63,593 nucleotides of DNA from Hyphochytrium catenoides (lineage: Eukaryota; Protista; Hyphochytriomycota): the NCBI GenBank assembly GCA_900088475.1, contig FLMG01000833.1, positions 1-63,593 of the forward strand. The letters run 5' to 3'. A model generated the notes under the pieces. The model did not search any database. It was not told where the DNA came from and saw nothing but the letters and a program-made list of their open reading frames with translations. Shown here piece by piece: positions 1-10,873 of the stretch. Made by a program: the position numbers and the translations under genes. How positions within the stretch are numbered: the first letter of the stretch is position 1; each line of letters opens with the position of its first letter.

Positions 1-620
1 GGGAGGAGGAGGGAGGTGGTGGTTCGCTAGGTGAAAGTGGAAGTTCCTCGTTCCTCCGCCCTGACGATCGTCAGAAGGAGTGAGGCGCAGAGTGGTGATG
101 GAGGCGCTTCGGGCCTTCTTCCTCTTCCGGTGGATCCTCCTCCTCCTCTCGAGTTCTATTCATTATCGGCCATCGGCCTCATTGATGTGTGCCCTACTCT
201 CGCCGCCACAGAGGAGGAGGCACCGCAGTACGTAGCAGCAGCAGCAGCAAGAAGGCGAGCAGGGCGTCTCCGCCTAAACTGGCTAGAAATGGGCAGTCCT
301 ACTCTTGGTTGATGAGAGATAGCGCCAGCTAGTAGGTTGTCTATCTACTGCTTGAGAGCTAGCGCTATTTATGTAGTCGGAGTTGAAAGGATTGAAGAGG
401 CGTGAAGTCGTGGTGGAAATCTTTGGTGGGACAAGGAGGCGGCAGACAGAGATTTTGGTCAAACAAAAAGAAAGCTCCATTATTATCTTCATGGTCTTCC
501 CTTCAACCCACCGCAGGTCAGCCTGGCAGTGAACCTTCGGATACATGCACAGACCTTTGTGCAGTAAAGGAGTCTAATCAATGGCATCCTTCCACTCACA
601 TTATTGGTGCTACGATGAGG

Positions 621-650
621 NNNNNNNNNNNNNNNNNNNNNNNNNNNNNN
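621..650. other. Assembly gap (others at 3490-3527, 5337-5456 and 15100-15130)
   Basis: Runs of N. Confidence 1.
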
Positions 651-1974
651 CACGCATCAGATAAGCGGTCCGGTCCTACCTTGCTGAAAGAGCTGTGTCT
701 CCTAGTAGAGAGAGCGAAAAGACAGAAAGGATCAGAGCGGTGGAGAGACAACACTGTTCATAAATGCATATATAACCCAAGGCAATGGCTCTTTTCCTTC
801 ACAAAAGCTAGTGAGTCCCTAATTCCTACTACGCCATGACGCGATCTTTGGTCATTGTTAGTCGTGGCTTGCTGCTTTTGCTATGCCTCGGCTCTGCCTG
901 CTGGCTAGCTCTCATCTGTCGTGTTGGTCCCACAGGCACTTTGGCGCCAGAACCGTCTGCCTGAGACTTAGAAACCTCAAGTTCCTGGGAAGAAGAACCT
1001 CACAGTTCCTCATCGTGATCTTCCTTATAATGTCAATCCTCCTCCTGTCTCCTTGTACGCACGCTCCTTATGGATCATCATGTCTTTGCGACGTGTCAAC
1101 CACAAGATCTAGGCACCTTCGGACAGTCAAACAAAGTCATTCATAGAATATTGTTGTTCCTAAGATATAAATGTGAAGTTCTTGCTTAGGTGTACTTTAT
1201 ACCGATGAAAGGATCGCCGTTCTCCAGTCATTGGCTCGGAGCCCGTCATCAGCGACAGGGGGAATTGAACGTGGGAGAAGCATTGTTCCTCGCAGGGTGG
1301 TGACTCTTCCAATGTACAAGTACAAGTGCTGGGTGATGAGGAGGAGGAGCATCAAAATGCAGGCCCCGTCCACAGGGTTGCTGGCTGTGGGGCTTCCTTT
1401 AGCTAGTCAAGCTCGCCGATATGCTTTACCTGTCAGAATATTCAACAATTTTGAACGTCCGTTCACCTGGAAATGAAAGCTGCAGTTCTCTAGCTGATAC
1501 TTCTTCAGAGTACTTTGTCTTTCCTCTGATAAATTGGCACGTACTCTCCACCACCTACTCCTTGCTTACAGCTGGATACCACTATCTCCACCTCCTCCAT
1601 CCCAATAATCGCCTCAAACGGCTCCTTCTTCTCCCTGCTGGCGATCCTCTTCATGGCTGCTGTTCTTCTTGGTCACGGGAACTCCTCCCAATGCAGCCAG
1701 GAGATGTCTTGGAAGACCAGCGAGGGAAGCCCTAGTGATCAACAAACGGCAGAAGGGCTGCTAGAGCTGCTCTGACCGAGGCTGATTGAACACCTTTATA
1801 CCACCCACTTCGCGATTTGCAGCTTCCTCCAAAAGCTCTGCGGAACTGTATGGTGTGGAGGCACACTGACGCTGCAGGAGCCAACAGAGCTCAGCTCTTC
1901 TTCTGAGACCATTATCTTACTACCCGGGATCACTGCAGCAGGAAAGGAAATTATCTCTTCTAGAGCTTAGCAGC

Positions 1975-4422
1975 ATGAGCAAAGTCATCGCCCTCACAGA
2001 TATCACTAGCCATCAAAATGACGCTGAGGACGGGGGCAGCCGAAACACGCCAACCCCAGCCTCGTTGACTGTCTTCGTGACTTCACCCGCCGTCAAAGAC
2101 CTCCCCGCACCACTTCACTCCACGGCCAGCAGTGCTCAGAAAAATGCCTCACCAGCCTTCCAAGGCATGGAGTCTCCTTTTGATGAGAAAGCTTTGGAGG
2201 AAAAGAAAATGCGGGGCGCGATTGATGCTGAACACCCGGTGGGAAACGAGTCAGCGGTGTCGAAGATTGCAGCAAATTTGCCGCCCGCAGCCCAAGCCGC
2301 GATCTCTTGGGTGCTTCTCGCTGGAATAGTTGGAAGTGGCATCTTGCTGTTCCTTCTCTTCGTAACGTTCAATAGCCGAGGATATATGAAGTGGCAGGCG
2401 GAACAAAGGAAGTCACTGGAGAATGCTTTCACCCCGGGGATGGGCAGGCAAATGCTTTATGCTTTGATGCTTGGAATCCCCACGGCAATAGCCTCTACTT
2501 GTGCCATTCTCTATGCGAACCATTCAGTGGGATTTCTCTCTAAACAAGTGAAAGTCTGGGCTGGTCTGAAACAAAGGCTCAGTCGTCCTACCGTTTATTT
2601 TTACCGCTGGTTCTCCCTTGGAGAAGTGCTCTCTGTCGTCTTGGTTCTCTTAGGTGGCCTCCTTTGGACCCTGTTCTGGGTGGACTATCGTCTCTCTGGA
2701 CCCCGGAGGAATAACAACTCCAGAGTGATGAACTGGCTGGTGCACGGAGCTAGAGGAGCTGGATGGGGAGGCCTCTTGTCATCTTACTTCATGCTCTTCC
2801 CCGTCGCCCGAGGTGCTTCATGGATGAAAATCCTGGGTCTCTCCTTTGAGAGTGCCATCAAGTACCACCGCTGGCTCTCACGCATCGCCATTCTGACGTT
2901 TGGCATCCATGGCGCTCTCTACTATCTCTATTGGTTCCTGAAAGAGGAGTGGGTCCAAAATGCTGTGCCATGCTTTACCGAGTCCGAGCAATGCCACAGA
3001 CGGCTAGAGACTCGTTGGGAGAACTTTGCGGGGCTGATGGCGCTTGTGTTCTTCATTGGGCTCTGGCTGACTTCCCTGGAGTTCGTCCGCAGAAGATACT
3101 TCGAAGTATTCTGGTACAGCCACGTAACGCTATTTATTCTTTCGTTCTATGGCACTGTTCTCCACATGTCAAGTCTTCTTTTCTGGTGGTATCCAGCGCT
3201 GGTCTTCTACATTGTCTTCCGCGTCCGTACTGGAGTGACGATGTCTCGGTACACGGCGGTGAAGGACTGCGATTACGACGATGAGAGCGGTGTCTTTTAC
3301 CTGCATTTGGCACGCTCTACTGACCCTGTAGACCAGTATATCGCAGGGCAGTATGTCTTCATCAACGTCCCAGCACTCAGCTTCTTACAATCTCATCCCT
3401 TTAGCATCAGCTCCGCTCCTAGCGATGACCATTCGGGCTTCACCATTCATGCCAAGGCTCTCGGAGCTTGGACTGGGGAGCTTGCGGCANNNNNNNNNNN
3501 NNNNNNNNNNNNNNNNNNNNNNNNNNNCTGCTACAACTACCGCCTCCTGAACTTCGGACACGGACCTTCCAAGGTAGTTCTTCACTGGGTCTTAAGAGAT
3601 AGAGCGCTGCTAAAGCCCTTTATGGAGACATTGGAGCAAGTCTCCTCCCTACCAGAGATCTTTGAGATCAACATCTATGTGACTAACAGTGGGAAGCAGC
3701 ACCAGCCTCAGATCACCGCTGCAGGAGTCGCGGCTGCGGAGGATAGCTATGGCGGCAAAGCCTTTATCCCCACAGGGGAAGCCCTCAAGGCCCTCACGAA
3801 TCCCAAGACAATGTGCAAGCCGAAGCCTTTCCAGCCCGTCAAAGTAGGAACTTGGATGGATGTCTTTCTACACTTGGGAGTCTGGGCCTCGGCTTATGTG
3901 GCTGTGCTACTCATGTGGTACCTGATCCTGCGAGCTAACGGGACGCACAAACCGAGGAAGGAGCAAAAGGAAGTCGTTCCGTGGTACGCTTCCAGAATGC
4001 TTGAGCTGACCATGTTCTTTGTCTTTGGCGGCCTCTTTGCTTTCGTGCTTTTCAGAGTTATTCTGAGGAAGCGGGAGAGTCAGCAACAGGTGCTTGGAGA
4101 CGGATTCTCCGAGGCCCTGGATCGCACTAGCTTGACACCTTCAGTTAGTGTTGGGGTTGGCCGACCGGACGCGGTGGATTGCCAACCGTCAAGGATTCAT
4201 TACTTTGAGAACATGAGGCCCAATGTCCAAGAGATCTGCCAGACAACAGCAGCAACTTTCATGGCCCAGAATAGTAACGCGAAGGATGGGCCACAGAAAG
4301 CTTCTTGCCATGTCTTTGTCTCGGGGCCAAAGGCTCTTCAGGATAGCGTTAGAGCAGCATCGCGGAGTACTGAGGCTTGTGCTAACAGCCTGGTGGTACA
4401 CTGCGACGAGTTTGAGCTCTGA
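1975..4422 (+). CDS. Transmembrane ferric reductase / ferric-chelate oxidoreductase (FRO/FRE/NOX superfamily); no introns seen, interrupted by an N-gap at 3490-3527
   Basis: Heme His pairs KYHRWLSRIAILTFGIHG and FWYSHVTLFILSFYGTVLH; GQYVFINVP...HPFSISS FAD-binding motif; VVLHWVLRD; C-terminal VFVSGPKAL...CDEFEL; multiple TM helices. Confidence 0.92.
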   Translation: MSKVIALTDITSHQNDAEDGGSRNTPTPASLTVFVTSPAVKDLPAPLHSTASSAQKNASPAFQGMESPFDEKALEEKKMRGAIDAEHPVGNESAVSKIAANLPPAAQAAISWVLLAGIVGSGILLFLLFVTFNSRGYMKWQAEQRKSLENAFTPGMGRQMLYALMLGIPTAIASTCAILYANHSVGFLSKQVKVWAGLKQRLSRPTVYFYRWFSLGEVLSVVLVLLGGLLWTLFWVDYRLSGPRRNNNSRVMNWLVHGARGAGWGGLLSSYFMLFPVARGASWMKILGLSFESAIKYHRWLSRIAILTFGIHGALYYLYWFLKEEWVQNAVPCFTESEQCHRRLETRWENFAGLMALVFFIGLWLTSLEFVRRRYFEVFWYSHVTLFILSFYGTVLHMSSLLFWWYPALVFYIVFRVRTGVTMSRYTAVKDCDYDDESGVFYLHLARSTDPVDQYIAGQYVFINVPALSFLQSHPFSISSAPSDDHSGFTIHAKALGAWTGELAAXXXXXXXXXXXXXCYNYRLLNFGHGPSKVVLHWVLRDRALLKPFMETLEQVSSLPEIFEINIYVTNSGKQHQPQITAAGVAAAEDSYGGKAFIPTGEALKALTNPKTMCKPKPFQPVKVGTWMDVFLHLGVWASAYVAVLLMWYLILRANGTHKPRKEQKEVVPWYASRMLELTMFFVFGGLFAFVLFRVILRKRESQQQVLGDGFSEALDRTSLTPSVSVGVGRPDAVDCQPSRIHYFENMRPNVQEICQTTAATFMAQNSNAKDGPQKASCHVFVSGPKALQDSVRAASRSTEACANSLVVHCDEFEL

Positions 4423-6395
4423 TGTGATAGGAAGATGATAGGGCCTGTCAGGTTGTCGGTCGGAAGTTGTTTGCTAGTATTGCCTTAATTGTTATAATTT
4501 ATGCTTGTGACCGTGTGACATGTTTATAGTAGAACTGGCAAGTTCGAATGAATGTCAGTGCTTATATGTCCCTCCGCATCAAGAGTCGTCTTGGAGCTTT
4601 GTGAGTGGCCGATCGTACTTCTGAAGCGTGCACGGGTGCAATGTGTGTCCATAGTGAACTTCCGCCACCAGCAGTAGAGAGAGAAAGCGGGAGAGCGAGA
4701 AGACTAGGGAATGGTTAGGCAATCTTTCGATAGTCTCCCCGGCGTACAAGTAGCGCCAACAGCATTAGGAGACAGTTCGGGATGGTGGTGGACCCAACTC
4801 ATGGCCTCGATGGGTCCCTGGAAAGGATGCGAAGGACGCTTGTATCACGCACAAAGATGGAACCTCATGGCAGAGGTTTTATTCGGAGAGGACCTGGTCA
4901 AGGAAGACGTGCTTGATTGAGTCGGCAGGAAAGTGGAGTAAGTGTGCCATAGGAGACATTGATAATATAGAGATAGAGCATCGTGTCGATAGCTCTAAGA
5001 AGCTTTCCCCTTGACCCTTCCAGTCTCTTCTCCAGAAGTAAGGCTCTTATACGAGGACCGTACAACGACAATAAGTTCTCCATCTCCTCATTGATGCGGT
5101 CTCTAACTCCAAAGGAAGTGCAGCCCTGGCCTCATAGATTCTGGAACCATTTGGACTTACACGCTTCTTTCTGCTGTCGGGCTTCTTTCTGCTGTCGGGG
5201 CTGAACGAACTGTACCCCGGCAAACGGCAAACCTATCAAGCGGAGACTCTTCTTCTTGGTGCTCAGCTCCCAGCTTCATCTGTTGCTTCTTTGCTGGTGG
5301 ACACATGGGGCAAGCATGGGGCAGCTACCCCCAAAGNNNNNNNNNNNNNNNNNNNNNNNNNNNNNNNNNNNNNNNNNNNNNNNNNNNNNNNNNNNNNNNN
5401 NNNNNNNNNNNNNNNNNNNNNNNNNNNNNNNNNNNNNNNNNNNNNNNNNNNNNNNNCTTCTGATGATGACTCTACAGTTTCTCAAGCCACAAGGAAAGTG
5501 CGTTGTTGACTAGACAGCTACAACAACAACGCACCATAGAATACAGCACCCGATGCCCGCCCGATTACATGAACACTACAATCCAGATCCGTTGTCAGTT
5601 GTCAGTGACGGTAGGTTCCTTCCTTCCTTCCTTCCTTCCTTCCTTCCTTCCTTCCTCCTCCTGTGAGCGGCGGCGGCAGCAGCGGCGATGGTGCTACCTG
5701 TACTGCTGCTGCTGCTGTGGAGACCACCTCTGGCCTTCCTCTTCTCTGCTGGCTGCTCATCTTCTGCCAACACCTCGCGACGCTTCGTCGTACTACTGGA
5801 CTACTCTGTCTTCTCTTGGCCAGGATTGGTGCGAGATTATTGGGGGGCAGCGTGATGTGGTGGTGCTTGTGGACAAGGAGACAGTTAGTTCTTGATGCTG
5901 CTCACCTAGGACGACAACTCTACGAAGGTTAGTTGTTGCGCTACTCGGGGTTCGTCCTCCTCTTTTCACGCTATTTCCTCTGTATGTTGTCCTTCGTCGG
6001 CGGGGTCCCTTCTGCCTCAGTATTCACTGCGCTTAGCTCTCCCCTCTCGCCTCGCTTGTGCAGCGGCAAGGGTCAAGAAGTTCTCTCCCTCCTCTTCGAT
6101 CACTAGCCGCACTAGAATATTCATCACCTTCCTTCCTTATTATGCAGGGACATATACACTAAAGCGACCTTCTTTTCTTGGGGACTTAGTTAGCAAAGAG
6201 TTCGTCTCTACCGGGCCCTTTCATCTATAAGGGCTTTATGCTGTATGCTGGTGCAAAAGGGCTCCAGTGCTACGCTAGTAATAGTAGCTCGGGTCAACGG
6301 CAGGCACCTAGACCGCAGTTGCTCCTCACCATTTGGCTCCTTGCCTTTTGATCGTTTAGCTTGATCAACTGAGCGGAGAAAAAGGCAGCAGCAAC

Positions 6396-7374
6396 ATGGC
6401 GCTTGATTTGTGGCAGGTGATCGCTCTAGCGATTGCTTACGGATGGCGTGAGGTGCAGTTCAACGAGGCCAGCCGTGTCATAGGCTTTCGACGTGATGAT
6501 GACGAGCGCGTTAATGTGTACTACTCTACTGGCACTGTTGGCACTTGCCTAGATCATCCCATCAGGAGCTAGACCCAATTGTTTAGACGCAATCAGACAT
6601 TGAAAGACCTGGAGAAAATCTTTCAGAATCCTCGGGTGCACACGGGAGTAGGCTATTATCGACGCCCTTCTTCAGGGCACCCGGAACCAAGTTTCCTGGG
6701 CAAAGCAGGAGGTTCCAGAGGCACTCCCCGGCGGATTAAGCCTGGAAGAGCCTGGTATTTTGCCCCCAAGAGCTCGAGAGAGAGCTTCTTTGAGGACTTT
6801 AACCCGCTTACTACGATATCGTTGGCGCTTGGCAAAGATGGCTACTTTTGCATCGAGAAGGATGGACAACCTTGGTGGCGTGGTATACCCGTATTTTGAG
6901 AAATAAGGTTGTCGGTAGACAAAAGACGTTACCGTCGCCTGACTTCATCGCTATAAGTCCAGATGACCGATGGTTCATACAGTTCTGTGGAGGTCAGATG
7001 CACTAGGATGACAATCTACCGAGGAAGCCCTCCTGAGTAGCATCCAGCAGGTGGAGTTTCTAGCCCTTGGCCCTCAAAACGCGTGGTATGTGCTATGGGA
7101 AGATGGCACCTCCCGATGGGAGAATCTTCCACGAGTTCTGCATAATAAGCTCAATGGCAGGCAGAAGTCGTTGCCAGGGGTGGAGGACATAGCTATTGGA
7201 CATGGTGGTAGCTTTTTCGTAAGGTTCAAGAACGGTTCATGGACATCTAACGTCGCGGTTGGCCACTATTGCGATCTCCAAGACCAGATCACCGAGCTTA
7301 AGGCCGCCTCGAAAGACATCGCCAGCATTAGATTTGGAGGAAATGGGAATTGGTTGATGCGCTGCTATGATTAA
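6396..7374 (+). pseudogene. Disrupted paralog of the 9541-10518 uncharacterised protein
   Basis: Colinear with 9541-10518 from ATG 6396 (MALDLWQVIALAIAYGWREVQFN...VNVYYSTGTVGTCLDHP). In-frame TAG at 6570-6572 (AAG in the paralog), 1-nt deletion frameshift near 6890, TAG replacing TGG near 7004, further indel near 7030-7050. Confidence 0.9.
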
Positions 7375-8034
7375 GTCTAGGGTTGTTCTTCAAGGCAAGA
7401 CACGAGAGGTAGTAGTGATAGCGCTGCAGGACTCGTCGCCAACCAGGTAGAGAAAGTATAGAATATCCCTTAATTCTCTAGATAGACGTGTCGCACTTGA
7501 TCCGGCTATCTTCGACCAGTAGAGTGAGTGATCATCATTATCCTCAGGATGTCCACCTCCCATGCAGTTGCCTAACCAGACGAGCCCACGCCTTTCCTCT
7601 TGGGCTAGGGTCACTAGCGAGCACTATTAACATGCTGAGGAGAAAGAGGTATCTGGGACTTCTTTGTTGTTTGACCTATGCTTCTTAGTGGTGATTGGTT
7701 ACAATGAACACGGGACGGAGGCGTGCATGACCAGGGAGATCCTGCCGTTCAAAGCTGCTGGGCAGACGCCGCTGCAATCATCATTATTTACTATTATGAT
7801 CAGTCTAGGGTATGGTTGGAAGGGAAAGAAGGCAGCAGAGCGACACCGATTATCATCCTTCTCGCACTAGCCCTTCATCATCTCTCGTCAGCATTATTGA
7901 GAGGAGACATATGGCACGCATTGGACTACCTCATTGCATCACGACCACCCGCCCACCGCATGTGTAGGGAAGTGAAAAAGATGAATAGAGATGGATAGCA
8001 CTCAACCGTACTTCTTCATGAAGTCACTATGAAG

Positions 8035-8320
8035 TCAGGGTACGGCGCAGAGCACGCGCATAGGAAGAACGTCGCCCTCTACGATGAGAGTTTCGCCAAT
8101 CAAGGCTACACTTATCGTCCTTTCGCGTTGAAATCCTTTGGTAGGGTCACAGAGACCGTTCAATCCACGGTGCTGGAAGAATGTCTTGAGGGCTATGTCT
8201 GCTGACAGGTATGGCAGTGTCGGACTACACTCTCTGTTCTCTCACTGCAGCCACCGCTTATAGACGAATATCTGTCTTCCTGCAACGCTGCAATGCGAAG
8301 ATCGTTTTAGATAAACTGGA
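8035..8320 (+). mobile_element. Relic 3' end of a restriction-like-endonuclease (CRE/R2-type) non-LTR retrotransposon
   Basis: From 8041 translates YGAEHAHRKNVALYDESFANQGYTYRPFALKSFGRV; after a stop, AYRRISVFLQRCNAKIV follows. This matches the K..Y...G..F.PFA.E..G and RIS..LQR.NA signature of RLE-type non-LTR C-termini. Confidence 0.65.
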
Positions 8321-8483
8321 ACCCCAGCGCCCATCATCAATGATGCTGCGTTTCTAGGGTCATCTTCTAGGAGCTGTTGCTGAAGGACCTCCATAGTTTG
8401 TGGTAGAGGTCAGAAAAGATTGGCGATGGGGAGTGCGAGCCAACCTGGTCAGCTTCATCAACAAAGGGAGGAAGGGTTGAAGC

Positions 8484-8735
8484 TTTAGGGAGGTGCGTCT
8501 TTGCTCTATGTCAGGGTGTGCATGCGGCCTGACATCGCTTATGCAGCGCCAGCCGTGAGCCAGCATATACACTGGGAGGCTGTGAGACGAATCTTCACTA
8601 CCCTGAAGGGCAACCGAGACTACTCTTTGTGTCTCAGAGGAGATGCTCCTATTCAACTCTCTGTCCAGGCTGATGCCGATAGGGCTAGTATCCCACCCGC
8701 TGGCCGCAGCAAGTCTATCACAGGCTCGCTCAACG
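8484..8735 (+). mobile_element. Ty1/copia LTR retrotransposon relic (RT C-terminus / RNase H start)
   Basis: SLLYVRVCMRPDIAYAAPAVSQH..HWEAVRRIFTTLKG..D.SL...QADADRAS...RSKSITG matches copia GSLLY...TRPDIAYAV..HW.AVKRI.RYLKGT..YSDADWA..RKSTSG. Confidence 0.85.
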
Positions 8736-9540
8736 GCAATGCTCGTCTCATCGACAGCACTCTCAACAAACAGATAGGAAGTCCTCTGCCTCCTCCTGCT
8801 CGCCACTGTCGGTCACATCGCTGCTGTGACTCTTCGACATATCCTAGATCCTAGACTACAACGGCCGTAACCCCTGAACAGGATCAGAAGATCAGAATTC
8901 CGATTACAACTACAACGCACAAGGGAGCTCGGAGGGAAACACGCAGATCACACAGCCGCACCAGAGTCTCAGGATCATACGCAGCGGCGGCAGCCGCCAC
9001 TTTGGTGGAGCTTGTCACTTGCCGATTGCCGATGGTGCAGGGTCAACCAGCTGGCCCAAGCTGCGAGGGAGCCGCCATCAGTAGGCAGCTGTCTCCTTCC
9101 AACCTCTTCCATTCTGCTGCGCAGCGGCGCTGCATGTTCGCTCCTGCGGTGGTAGCAGAAAGAAGGTAGAATCATCGTCTCTTTTCACTGAATAGCAAGC
9201 TATTCAAGCAGCAGAGAGTCCGCTTCGTACAGGCGGCCAAAAGACTTAGCAGGTGACAGTCTTCTTCCAGGCTTTTCTTCCAGCTTAACACTATTTCCGG
9301 GCTTATACGCCAGATGAAAGCTCCGTTTCTTCTCACTGAGCGCGTCAACACAATCTGTCTTCGGGCTACTAACAGCAGTAGGGCTCACTAACCTCCTGCA
9401 CCAAGTGAGCCTTGTTCTCCTTCAGGCGAGCTAACACTTGCTGAGACTCCTTCCAGTGGCGGGCGTCTCTATACTCATGGTACGAGCTACAGCCGTCACA
9501 AAGTAACGTTCCGCGCTATACAAGCAGCAAGAAGACCATT

Positions 9541-10518
9541 ATGTCCCTGAACCTCGTGCACGTCCGTGAGCTGGCCAATGCCTATGGATGGCGGGAGGTG
9601 CAGTTCAATCACACCTCTCGTGTCATAAGCTTCCGGCGCGAGTACGATGAGCGGGTTAATGTGTATTATACCACTGGTACGGTGGGCACCTGTCTGGATC
9701 ATCCTATTAGGAGCAAGACTAAGCTATTCAGGCGCAATCAAACTCTTGAAGATCTTCGGGAGATCTCCCAGAACCCTCGAGTGCATACGGGCGCAGGCTA
9801 TTACCGCCGACACGGTGCAGCCCACCCAGAGCCGAGTGCAGTTGGCAGCAGCCACGCTAATGCTAGAAGTCACACTATCACAGCAGGTGTCAGAGCTAAC
9901 ATTTTCCCAACATCCCGGCGGAAGTTCTTCCTAGAGAACTTTAATCTCGCTACCACAGTGTCCGTGGCGCTGGGAGAGGAGGGCTTTTTCTGCATTGAAA
10001 AGGATGGACAGCCTTGGTGGCACACTATCCCGCAGGTACTAAGAAACAAGGTGGTCGGGAGGCAGAAGAGTCTACCGTCGCCTGACTTCATCGCAATGGG
10101 TCCAGAAGACCAATGGTTTATACAATTCTGTGGCGGCCAGACGCACTGGGCCGGCCTCCCTTCATCACTCGAGGATTGCATCTTTGAGACTTCTGAGGAT
10201 GTTGAGTTCTTAGCTCTAGGGCCTGATGACGCGTGGTACCTTCTATTGGAGAATGGTAGCTCTGCCTGGGCAAACCTCCCACGACAGCTTTATAATCTGC
10301 TAAATGGCAGGCAGAAATCCCTACCCGGTGTAGAGGACTTGGCTATCGGAGAGAATGGAAACTACTTTGTCCGGTTCAAGAATGGCTCTTGGAGAGCCCA
10401 GCTGTGGCACTATCCGAGTCTCGACGAGACAGTAGATGATCTCGTAGCTGAAGGCAAAGATATCGCCCGGATCAGATTTGGCGGGGATGAGCAGTGGGTC
10501 CTTTGCTATTATAACTGA
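9541..10518 (+). CDS. Uncharacterised 325-aa protein: about 90-aa N-terminal domain (VNVYYTTGTVGTCLDHP...NPRVHTG.GY) plus about 4.5 internal repeats of 41-44 aa; intronless
   Basis: Clean ATG-to-stop ORF; its conserved paralog at 6396-7374 supports coding status; repeats of the form hAhG...WF....G...W..LP..L. Confidence 0.85.
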   Translation: MSLNLVHVRELANAYGWREVQFNHTSRVISFRREYDERVNVYYTTGTVGTCLDHPIRSKTKLFRRNQTLEDLREISQNPRVHTGAGYYRRHGAAHPEPSAVGSSHANARSHTITAGVRANIFPTSRRKFFLENFNLATTVSVALGEEGFFCIEKDGQPWWHTIPQVLRNKVVGRQKSLPSPDFIAMGPEDQWFIQFCGGQTHWAGLPSSLEDCIFETSEDVEFLALGPDDAWYLLLENGSSAWANLPRQLYNLLNGRQKSLPGVEDLAIGENGNYFVRFKNGSWRAQLWHYPSLDETVDDLVAEGKDIARIRFGGDEQWVLCYYN

Positions 10519-10873
10519 GGGCTCTCTTGCGGGCGTCGCCCAACTGATTTTCGGTCAAGCTTTCTAGAGATTGAGTTAAGTGCCTGATGATAGATGACTG
10601 ATGCGCCGATGAGAATATAAGGAACAGATGGAGAGATAGACTTTCAGGTCAACGTCAATCATCAGAAATGGCTCTATTCAAACTGACAACTCGAGGTCAT
10701 GCCACCTTAATCTTGCACTTACTACTGTTTATCGCTCCCTCTTCTACCGGGTACCGCTACCGCCATTCCCCTAAGCGTGCTTGCTGTTAGCCGTCATGAC
10801 GATAGGAAAGCGCCCACTGCCTTTTCAGAGGAAGCAGGCAAGTGGCGACATTGTTACCCATCGTCTCCTGCGG

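Noticed and set aside
283-546. SDYINSA resembling a protein tyrosine phosphatase motif
   Set aside because: No other PTP motifs nearby; the match is too short.
6570-7010. Stop-codon reassignment (TAG read-through) in the upstream paralog
   Set aside because: The TAGs replace different residues (Lys and Trp), frameshifts co-occur, and RPS19 and other genes end in TAG.
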